Shown: in pieces, positions 25,031 through 35,884 of the stretch | How positions within the stretch are numbered: position 1 is the stretch's first letter | How the letters are laid out: each line of letters starts with the position of its first letter | Assembly: GCA_037447605.1 (NCBI GenBank) | Contig: CM074810.1 | Location: 1,274,880-1,338,879 of the forward strand | DNA length: 64,000 nucleotides | Source: Zygnema circumcarinatum SAG 698-1b | Taxonomy: Eukaryota > Plantae > Zygnematophyceae | Reading direction: 5' to 3' | Made by a program: the position numbers and the translations under genes | Notes under the pieces: generated by a model | What the model was told of the DNA's origin: nothing | The model's input: only the letters and a program-made list of their open reading frames with translations | The model's database searches: none

Positions 25031-26994
25031 CAGCATGTGGAACACGCAAGTGCAAACTGGCGTGCCGTTAGTGTACGGCTAGACTCCAACGTTCATCCGA
25101 ATGACGACAGGATGACGTTGTCTGTCATGAATGATGATGTCATCATGGCCGTGACCATGCATGGCCATGCATGGCTACGGAGACAGGGCCTGGAAGGAAC
25201 TGGGACTGTACGGACAAGTCTGCGAGCCAGGGCGAGTTCGTGGTTTCCAGGAGGTTGCAAACCGCTTTAGGGTTTTTAGGGCAGCTAGAACTGAACTGCG
25301 GATATAGGACGGCAGAAACTTCGCTAAAAAGTTGTTGGCTATCCGCTAGAGCCCATTGTTGCTGCCAAGCCTGCACCATGGCTTGTCAATGCGGAAAAAG
25401 CTTGACAAAAGGGAGGTCAAGACCAGGATCTATTTCCCGCATTATAAGCTGCGACAACGCAGTAAAGAGGAAGTGTTGTGGCATTGATCTCACGATGGGC
25501 GATGATGCCATCAAATGTACATGGTCAAAATCATCAGGGGAGACCACGAGGAACTGGTCGGAAAGGATCTAAGGACAAAAGTAAAAAGCTATGAGCGGAA
25601 AGCTACGCCTAGGCACAACAACGCTGCCATAGAAGTCAGTAAGGAGTAAAGAGTATTACAACTTTTGAAACAAAACCTCCATGCAAAACCCATAGGAATT
25701 TTTTAAGAGTGATATTCGAAGTTGTCAGGGGAACAACGAGGTTAACATCGAGGTTCAGGTTTGTAGGAAGCACACGAAGTATCAGGGGACTTCAGACTTT
25801 GCTTCGCGTTCTGGAATGCGAATTTGCTTGCTTGCCAAATCCGTAGTAAGCACTACGGATTGACATTACAGTACGGTAGGGCGTGTCAAACTTGACAAAA
25901 TCAAACAGAAAATGCTCATCAGTAATACTGAATTCACTTTACGGAAAACTCCTTTGGCAGGTAGATCACGATGTCCCAAAAGTACCCGTCTTGCAAGAAA
26001 ACTTTCAGTCATCTCAACCCATCAACCCACTGCCCTACATTTTATCGGGTGCGCGGGCAGCCATTCCAAGCGAACAAAAGGGCTGCAAGGAACGGAACCC
26101 TAAAAATGGCTCGATTTTGCATTGCAGCGAACTGGACAGTCCTGACGCCTTGTAAGAAAAGAACGACGAGAAAAAAGGATCCCTTTCTTAACTCTCAACG
26201 TTGCATCCTCCTGTCAAGATCAGTATAACACACGCACAATAACCATGACCAGCCCCCCCTCTCTCTCGAGGGAGCACACCCTGGACAATTTCGGGCACAT
26301 TGGATGAGACGACATGGCCGTATACATGCATTCTGTTTAAGGCTCCGTAACGGCGAAACAACTCCAACATTCTCTCATTCATCTTGACATAGGTCTCCCC
26401 AGTTCCCCCCTTCCCAACGGCCGGTTCAAATGTACAGCAGCTAATTCAATGCAATTTTCGTCCATATTAGGCACTAAAAAGAAGTGCTTGCCTTAAGACT
26501 TGGGTTGCCTTTGCCTACATAACATGCACCCCCCACTGTCGTTCAGTGTAAGGAAAGGTTTTGTAAAGGAGAGAAAGGGAAAAAAGACATGTATACTTTT
26601 CTACAACAAACCAAACTGCTGCCTCTAAGGCAAAGGAGATGAGAAACCTCTCCATCGAAATTGGACAGTGCATATGTAAGGCTGTCCCTTTCTGTGGGAG
26701 GGACTCTTCTTATATAGCACAACAACTCTCTGTTCCCATTCATCTCCAAATAGCGTTGTCCGCGTGAAATGTAAGGCATATGGACCGAATTACTCCAGAC
26801 TTGAATGAGCAAACTCTGCCCCGCTGAAGAGAGTGGCAGGGTGTGGAAAGAGAGAGCATTCGGCCCACATATAAAAAGTCGCAAAATGTATACCTCAGGG
26901 CTCTGCTGCGATCTCCCACCTGAATCCCTCGACCTCCTTACGGCCTCAGCTTCCAGTCCTGACTGTAGTTCATGAAACTCCTTATAAGCTCTCC

Positions 26995-29852
26995 TTAGCC
27001 GTCATCTCCATCAATCGGAGGCCGCGGTTGCCTTGCAGGAGGAGCCACCACCGGAACTTGACTGTCACCGGGAAAGAGGGCCTCAATGATCCCCGGGGTC
27101 TTAAGGATACGCCTTCCAGACATCCTCGGATAAACATCTTCCAAAAAGTAATATGCATGGCCAACAACCATACCCTGCAACAGAGTCACGATGGTCAGCG
27201 TTTCTTCAAAGATAGTGAACTGTACTCTGTGCAAGTAGAAGGAGACCACCAATGCAGAACATGTCATGTCTTTTGCAATGATGATGATGGTGAAGACATA
27301 CCAGCAAGTCGACAATCCACGTGCTATTAAGAATCATGGAGAACCCAAAGAGCACCTGCAACATGAAACGTGGAACAGAAGTCTCCTTATTATCTATGCC
27401 TTTCCATAAACCGACTACGTTATCGAGCAAGCACGTTCGTACTGAACCATGATATAAAGAGCAGAGACTCAATACAGAAGCCCCTTGGATCCTAGATGAC
27501 CTGTGAAGAGATAGCAAATAAATTGACCTCTCTCAAAACCTGCACGCAATCAAAACCAGTGATTAATGGAGCCGCTGATGAAGTAGGATGACTCACCCAG
27601 GGTAAGTAAGGGGCAGTAAAGCTAAAGAGGCCAAGGAAACTCATTTGAACATTGGGATTCCGACGTCCCCAAACGTACACCTGCACAGGAATACACTTCA
27701 CTCTCGGTCAATACTGCTTGGCTGACACCCAAAGTGCTTCAAGTTCAGAAGACAAGAATATTTTGTTTGCTATCATGAAGAAAAATAGCTCAAATGCCAC
27801 AGCAACAATTTTTCTTGGAAAAATACATTTCAAGCACTACAGCCGCTGCGAGGTTGCTCAGACATTTGAGATCAGCACCATGGACGGCAAGGTGGACAAC
27901 ATGATCTACTGCAACTCTCAGTCCATACAAAAGAGCTGTCGAAGGGTGGTGCTAACCAAATTAGAAAAATAGATAGCAAGGCCAAATAGCATAAAAGTAC
28001 TGGTCCAGTAGTGATCAGCTGAACAGACGTTAGAAACCACCACAAGTGAGCACGGACCACGAACATTTATCCAGGAGACACAATGCAGTCAGATTCTGAG
28101 ATAGACCACACTTCCTCTGTGTGAACAGAAAGGATGGAAGAGCCAAAGCACAATAACTGGGGAATCCAAACAAGCGCAGAAACTGCTTTCAGATGCTCTA
28201 TGCGACTGGCCGCTGAAGCACTAAACCGGCCAGTTACAAAGCCGGCGTGAAAAAACTGTCTGAGGGTCCCAGTCAGCACTCCTTAGTTTTACACAGCTCC
28301 CCAACTGCCCGTAAAGCCATGCACGAATAAGAAGTCTGTAGCTCAAATTTAAGGGCGTTGAAAGACTTCGCGAACCGAATTATCATCGTGAGAACAAAAG
28401 AGAAAACTAGTATCACAGTAAGAATAAATCTGCAGGAATTACTAATCCTGATAAAAGTGCCATCATCATCAGAAACACTTTGAAGAGTCTCAAGCACTCT
28501 ACAACTGGCACATGCGTCAGTGAAGTCTGCAAAAAGTCTCCAGGTTTCAGATTCTTGATAGGACTATGTTTGCTTCCAGCTGCTTCTATGACTACAAACT
28601 AGCACTTGAAAAGCTCAATGACAGTATGCACATACAAAGCTGAGCTCGTACAAATTGGCACGCTGATTTCTCTCTGCATCTTGGCTACGGTTAGATTGCT
28701 CGTCGATACGAATCACACAAATGCTATCTGCTAGGTTCGTAAAGTACAAATACTTGATGCACAAACAGTACTGAAGTTAGTGAACGGACCTGATTTGCCC
28801 ACCAGATGTATGCCTTGGCACAGAACAAGATACACTCCTGTCTGAACCAAATTTTGTGTGACAGGCGAAAGAATGTAATTTGCAAAAAATCAGAGGTACA
28901 ACCATTAAAAGGCTGGGAGCATACCATCATAAAGGTGAGCGACGAGCCCAAAAACTGTATATTCACAAAAGGAGCCACCAGCGTAAGAAGAGAGCCGCCA
29001 AAGACGAGCATGTAGAAGAAATCAGCAGTTCGCCCACGGAATGAAGTCTCCTCCAACAATTTGCAATACCGAGATAAGAAGAACATATGAAATAGAAAAT
29101 CGATACCTGCAACAAAAGCATCCTCTTGTTTTAAAGAAGCGCAAACAGCTGCAATTTGGTGGTGTCTTGTCAGAGCACCACCTTGTCTTCATTGTCAGGG
29201 ACTAACTTGGTGGAGATCCTAAAACAAACCTCACTCTGATAGCACTGTACAGAAAAAGCAACTCAGATGCATATGCTGCTGCTTGGACCATCAAACGTAC
29301 TCGAGTCAACCATTTTCTCCTTCACCACGTCATCACAAAAAAGTGAAGCAATTGAAGACTGTAACCATCATAATATGTTCATAATTAGATCTTTGCATCA
29401 GACTAGAAGCTATCGTGAACGTATCGTACGTACCAATGTTACCAAAGAAAAAGAAGTTCGTAAACAATCGCCATATCTCGAAATTCTGAAAGATTAATTT
29501 GGCGTTAAAATACACTTTTAGAGGTGTGATTATCTGCATCAGGGACAGACCTCACAAATACAGTCAGTTGTGAGGACAGAGCTGAACTACTACACATACT
29601 TCAGGATAGAAACTTGTGTATCTCTCTGTTGGGCACGAGCAGGACTATTCAACAACTCGCACGAGGATCCCTCTTATAATCAATAGAAGAAGGCAGGCAG
29701 TGGGATAAACCCATGGAAGGGATAGAAGCTGCCGAGAGGAGAAGGTCGAGCACCTCCAGAGCGCATCCAGCTGTTGTGAGGAACGACAGGGTGAGATATG
29801 ACCGAGTGATGATCGGCATCTGCTTATACCAATCTTCAATGTTCTGCGCCAT
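26995..29852 (-). CDS. DER2: Derlin-2-like ERAD membrane protein
   Basis: [100 protein letters not shown], spread over ~6 GT-AG exons; stop at 26995. Confidence 0.95.
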
Positions 29853-31260
29853 GGCGCCGTCCAGCCCTTCCAATCTGCGTTCAATTCAAAATCTGACCTG
29901 TTCACTAGCCTATTCCCTCTCTTACAGTCCCGGTGACCTGCTTGTAGAGCGGCTCGACAGAGCGCCACTGCCTGCAGTCCACCAAGTTCGCTCCCTACCG
30001 TGTGGAGCGAGAGGTAAGGACGGCGCAGAACTCCCCCGCAGCCATGGCGGAGGCGCAGGGGAAGGAGGGAAAAGTCAACCCTAAAGCTGCCGGCGGAGGG
30101 AGGGGACGCGGAGCGAACTCAGCAGGAACGGACGGGCGCAGTTCGCCCCTGTGGAAAGGTCAGACTGGGACAGGGACGCTCCTGCTTCAACTTGTTGGGG
30201 CGCTCATGTTGCTCTCATGCTCTATGTTGTTGTTGGTCCTAGTGCTGTTGTTGTTGTTGGTGCTGGGCCACTCATGTTGCCCTCATGCTCTCTATTGTTG
30301 GTTCTTCCCTTATGCTGTTATTGCTGGGGACTTCACGAGTCAAACCACTCTTTGCGCATCCACTGGTTGGTAGTACGGATAGCAAGCATTGGCACAAATG
30401 GTGCAATCCACTGGCAATGGCTACGAACGATTGAATCTGTGGTTTCAACCCTTCGCAATGGTTGGCAAGCCTTGGCGACCAATGGTTGGATGATTGGCCG
30501 TCAAGTGACCAAGTCCACCAATTAACGATTTGAACCATAGGCCATGGCTAATGCTTGGCAACCAATGGTTGGAACCATTCCGACGATGATCCAATGGTTG
30601 GTTCTGTAGTTGTTTCCACAGGAGTGGCCCGAGGCTCAGAGCTGAGCTAGCGTCATCTCATTCCAGAGCTGTCAGAGATTTATGGTTCCAAAAGGTCTCT
30701 TGCAAAAGCTCTGACACATTAAATGGGTGTCACAACGGGTGACTTCATAATTATTGTCTTGATCAGCCAATACACGGCTGGTTAATTGCTCTGGACCGTG
30801 AGTCAAAGTTGCCAAAGAATGCTGCCAATTATTAGCAAGCCTATCACGAATGCCCACCCCAATCATATCTATGGAAGCACAGAATGATGCTCCTTCATAA
30901 TAACTAATGAGACTCATAATGGCGTCCAAAACCCAAACAATGCCCTAAGAAGCCACCAATTTCCTTTGGGAAAGATCATACCCTTTCCATTCGTCCACAC
31001 ATGAATTACCACGCGAGGGCGAACCCGCTCCCAAGCGAGAGAGTGAGAGTAGCCCGTACACAAGACGAGCTCGGTGCTGCAAATAGTGATCCTCAAAAGG
31101 TCTCAATTCCGGTATTCTCTTTGTCCGACTCTGTCAAATAGGCTGCATCGTATGGAGCACCCGCACCTGTCAAACTCCACAAGTACCGTCACACAAGGTC
31201 ACCCTCAGGCATGATTCTCACACATGGCAATCCCACCCTGCATACCAATATCACTCAATA

Positions 31261-34177
31261 TCAGCTTGCTGTGAGGCAGGGGAACATCTGCTTCCTATGC
31301 AGACCTGGAGACAAGAAATTCCGGTGAAGAAACTCCAAGCACGCTCGACTGGTGATGAGCCGCGTACGGAATCCTCCAAGCTTCCCAGAAGCTCTGCAGA
31401 AATGTCTCCCTCCATGGCCCCCAAGGGTGAGCAAGCAGAAGGAAAATCCTCCGTCTCTCACACGCAAAGACGGTAGAGAGAGTCATCGAAGCAGAGTAGT
31501 GGCTGTTCTCACCCTACTTTACGAGTTAACCACGGGAAAATGAGAGGCAAGTCTGACTGGTCCTGATGTCGGGAGCCCTGCCAACCATCCATTTCGCAAT
31601 GATGGATTAGAATGGTATGGCAAGTCGGCATAGAAAAGCATTGCCTTTCAAGAGCATGTAACTTTCCAAGCTAGGTTGTTTGCTGTAGTTGGAAACGAGC
31701 TACATGTGAAATGTACCGCCCTGAAAAGAAGAGTTCAATCTAGAGATATGCCAGTATGCAAGATTGAAAGCAGCTGCTTACATATTATCAATGCATTCAT
31801 CACTCCTCCTACTGACTGCTGTCTGAAGTTCAATCATATAGAACAGCAATTGGAACAGGAAGTGTAAGATGCACCTTAACGATCAAAATGTCAGTGGCCA
31901 GAGGTTTCCCCTCCTCATACGCTGCCTTCCTTGCCGCCAAAAATCTATCTCGAGCATTCCGCAGCTTAGCCCCACCAAACTCTGAGTTGTTTACAATAAG
32001 TAAAGGACACGAAGCCGCGGTGATATGCACCCCTGCCTGCCCAACAACACAGCATAACCACCTATCTGTGACTCGTTTTTGACTTCAAGCAAAAGGACTG
32101 ACCCACGTATGTACACATGCTTGCTTTGCTGAAACGTAGGGTGTAGCACATATTCTACAATTGAGGTTTGGGAACGGTAAACCTTCAAGATTCAAGGATA
32201 GAGAGTATGTCCGGAATCCTCACATCGACAAGAGGGGTCCACCATGCGTCAAGTGCAAGGCATGCACCCACTCGCGGCTCTTTGTCAGCGAAAAGTGCAC
32301 TTGTCACAGCTCCAAATGAATGCCCAGCAATCGCCACTTTCTCCAAATCTAATCGACCAGTGAGCAGCGAAAGTCTCAGAGCTTCTTTTCCTCGGAGCGC
32401 ATTGGATGAGTCAGGAATGCTCCCCGCGTTTATTCTCTCTAACAGATGCAGGATGCTCTTCATCTCTGCAATACGCTGAGACCACAGAGACTCTCTCAGA
32501 ACTAACGAAAACTGTCATCCTGTAGTTATTGAGCAGAAACCAGGAGAATATAACTTGAAAGGAAGCTGACGAATGTTACCCGCTGCTGCTGCTGTACACG
32601 TGTATCCAAAGGAACGTCTTCGATGCCAATGAGAGGTTCATGGATGTGCCAATGAACGGTCCCATCAGCATTACTTGAACGAGCCATGCTGGCTGACCCA
32701 TCAAGATGCTCCGGGACGATGACCACTGCACAGTAAACATTTTACGCTTTGAGCGGTAACTATGGATCTGCAATGCTAAGCTCCCTGAATACATTAGGTG
32801 ACCACAGAGTCCCACTTCAGGTCCTAATCATCTCATTGTGAGATATGACAATGGCAATAGGATGGCCTCACTACACGTGCTATAGCTAACCATGAGTTGT
32901 TCACATCAAATTGAATCTTGCAGTCTTTGGAACACACAGCGTGTCTGTATCCTTGGTTGCATAGCTCACCGTATCCATGTGATGCAAGATCACAACAGAA
33001 GGTGCTATACGTCGTACGCATGGACCACAAGCCATGTGAGAACAGCACAACTGGCAGCCGGCCATCCTTCCGCGGTCCCTCCCCACCCTCAACATTGGGA
33101 GGAAGGGGAGGCTTTCCAACAGCTGCATTGATGATCGCCAAAGGACTGATGATGCAGAAACTGAACACTGCAAAGACCATGCCAAATTTAAGGACCATAC
33201 CAAATTTAAGCCAGTTTTTGAAATTCAATGCCCATAAATTGGAGGTAGGATTTAACTCCTTGCAGGCGAAAGCTCTTCAGATGACATTCCCAGGGTCAGT
33301 GGCCACGAGTAATTGAAGCATCGGCAAGATCATCTCCATAGTAATAACAAGCCCCTACGGATGCACGTAAATCGACAGGATGACTCGATAGTGAAAATCT
33401 TCTTGCGGATTAAGTCCAGAATCACCTGCTGCCACCCAGCACTTGAACTTGTTGACGATGTTAACTGGCGGTGAGGCTATGCAGCAATAGCCGTACATAT
33501 ACATTATGTGAGGAAGCCAGAACCTCCCTGACAGGCCACCCCATCTGGACAAATTCCCACATATGCTCCATATTAATATTTTTGATTTGTAATAATGATA
33601 ATGAACATGATTAAAATAGTATGTAATTTTGTACTATTTGTTTTAGCAAAGTATAGGCCAACCCCCTAGACTTTTCCCTCCGTTTATTTGCAGCAGTTAT
33701 AGTCGGTTACAAGAGACACGCAGGGATCACCGAGAAAGCTCGTGTATTTAAAAGATATGCTTATGATTTACCTGAAATACCTGAAATAATGATTTTACCA
33801 GTACAATGCTAAGCAATTGGAGGCTTTTCAAACCTCCATGTCCCGACCACTTTCCACCACTCCATTTCCTAACACCTGTTCTAATGGACAAAGCTTACAT
33901 ATGTGCTTGCTTGAAGCACACTCACGCCCTCCAAACGACTCCCCTCTATTCATCCGCAACGACCCCCTGCAGTGCATATTGACTCCTAGTAAGAGTTGCA
34001 GCCTGCTCACGGAGAAGGGCGCTCAGCAGTGGGATAATAAACCCTAAATAAAGGCGGATGGGGCTCCTCCTCCTGCAGAACTTCCTCCCTGTCCCCGCCA
34101 TTTCCTTCCTCCTTCCGCCTCAGTTCGAAGTCTGCAATGGAGACCCTCAGGGGCCCTAGCGGCTTTGGGAGGCCCAT
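31261..34177 (-). CDS. PAF-acetylhydrolase / lipoprotein-associated PLA2-family serine hydrolase
   Basis: Starts MGLPKPLGALRVSIADF...RVYYP. Motifs: LPVVLFSHGLWSMRTTYS..CDLASHGY, PEHLDGSA, AIAGHSFGA (Ser), LALDAW (Asp), PLLIVNNSEF, GSRHQDQSD (His). The terminal exon may splice further to ~31100. Confidence 0.85.
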
Positions 34178-34894
34178 GGCGCGCTCCCTTCCTCTCCTGC
34201 AGCTCCCCCCCTAGGGAGAGAGAAAAGCGCTACTGCTCCGGTGGCAGCACGCGGCTGGCTGCAGGGCGCCTTCCGCTCCTCCCTCCCGAAGGCAGGGAGG
34301 GAGTGCAGCCTCCCCCGGGCGGTACGGCACGGCAGACGGCGCTTCAGCCGGGCCAGAGACTGCACAGGTCGGACCATTCATTGGATCAACCGTTGGAAAG
34401 GTTGCCAATGATGGACGCCAATGGTTGGCCGTATCAACGGTTGGTCCAATGATTGCCGATCCAATGGTCCTTGTTTTTGAGAACTGTACGGTCAAACAAA
34501 TCAGCGATCAAATTGACGAATTATATATCACCACGTGTCTCCGCGGCCAGCGACTGCCTGCGGGACCGTACAGTGCTGGGAAGCCGGCGGGCTCGAGCCC
34601 GGCGGACCGTACATCGGGTGAGCTGTGGGGCGGGCGGGCGCGTTTGTCGTTTGCTGTTGTCGCTTGGCAGCCGGCACCGGACGGGGATACTGTAGGCACT
34701 TGAGAGAGTTCGGGAAGGTGGCCGTTGGATGTGCCACGTAGGCACAAGTGAGCTTCTGACCGTTGGATAGGCACCTGCAAGTGGTCGGGAAATTGGCCGT
34801 TGGATGTGCCACGTGGATATGAGCCTGGATGGTGTACGGCGTACGGCATACAGTACAGTAGCACTACAGTACTGTATATATGCTGCAAAATTTA

Positions 34895-35512
34895 AGGAGA
34901 TTGATAATCCCCTCCCCGCCTTTTTGGATATCCCGTCCCCCTGAATGTTTTTTGAGAGACAAAAATATGACGTGCGAGTGCGCGCGTCCTTCGGCCCGAG
35001 ATCGCCACAAAACTATGGGCTGACCAGCCTGCGGAAAACTGGAAGCCAATCATCATCTGCCACGTGTCATGTTGTATGACGTACTGTAGCAGATTGTGCT
35101 GGTCCAGGCCCTCAATGTACGGTAATCGCCTTTCCTCGAAGCTGCGGCTGTTCGAAGTTTGGGACGAACCGGATTCGGTTACCAACATCCGTACGGACGG
35201 TCCAGGCGCCGCCGCGTGCCATCCGCGAATTTACGGTCTGACCGTCATACCGGGACACGTGGGCGCGTGCTATTCGCTGGGACCAAAAGCCTGGCTGCAG
35301 ATCGGACGGTTACGGTGGTGTGGTCTGTGATAAAATCGACGGCTAATGTTCGCCACACGTGTGAAAATCACGCGCACTCGCTCCTGCGAGTCGGACGGAT
35401 CTTCCGCTCCGAGCAGATTCGGGCAGGCCCTAAGTTCCCTAACATATTTTTGACTCTCAAAAAGATTCAGGGGACGGGATATCTTAAATGGGGGGGGGGT
35501 TAGCATTCTCCT
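34895..35512. mobile_element. MITE-like element with ~75-bp imperfect TIRs (~618 bp)
   Basis: 34895-34970 and 35440-35512 are inverted, sharing GATATCCCGTCCCC-TGAAT-TTTTTGAGAG-CAAAAATATG. There is also an inner inverted pair gcgagtgcgcg/cgcgcactcgc. The TSD is unclear. Confidence 0.7.
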
Positions 35513-35884
35513 ATTTTAATTCGGCTTCCACGCTCTTCCGCGAGATGTGCAGTGTGTTACCAGGGCCTGCATGAAGCTAAAGCATGTCGCAAGCACCGCC
35601 TGAATCTCACCAACAACAGGTGGCTCACACGCCTCAAGGTTGGTCCAAAAGCCAACCAGCGCCAGATTTCTTCTTCTTATTTTTTAAATTGCTAGAATTT
35701 CCCAGCGTAAAAGGGCATGATTCTTGGATTGCGACACGAAGGTACCCGAATTGACAAGGAGAGGAGAAACAGCTTTCACAGTCCCCCCTCTATCCATTCC
35801 AACAGCAGGCACACTTACGAGTGTTTTCATTCCGAACCCTTCACTTGAAACTAAGAAATAACTGGAAAGGCAGAGCCGCTGCCC

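Noticed and set aside
30002-30373. + strand ORF with a hydrophobic stretch (superficially Sec61-beta-like)
   Set aside because: The hydrophobicity comes from GTT/GCT low-complexity sequence, it overlaps the Derlin leader, and I see no Sec61-beta motif.
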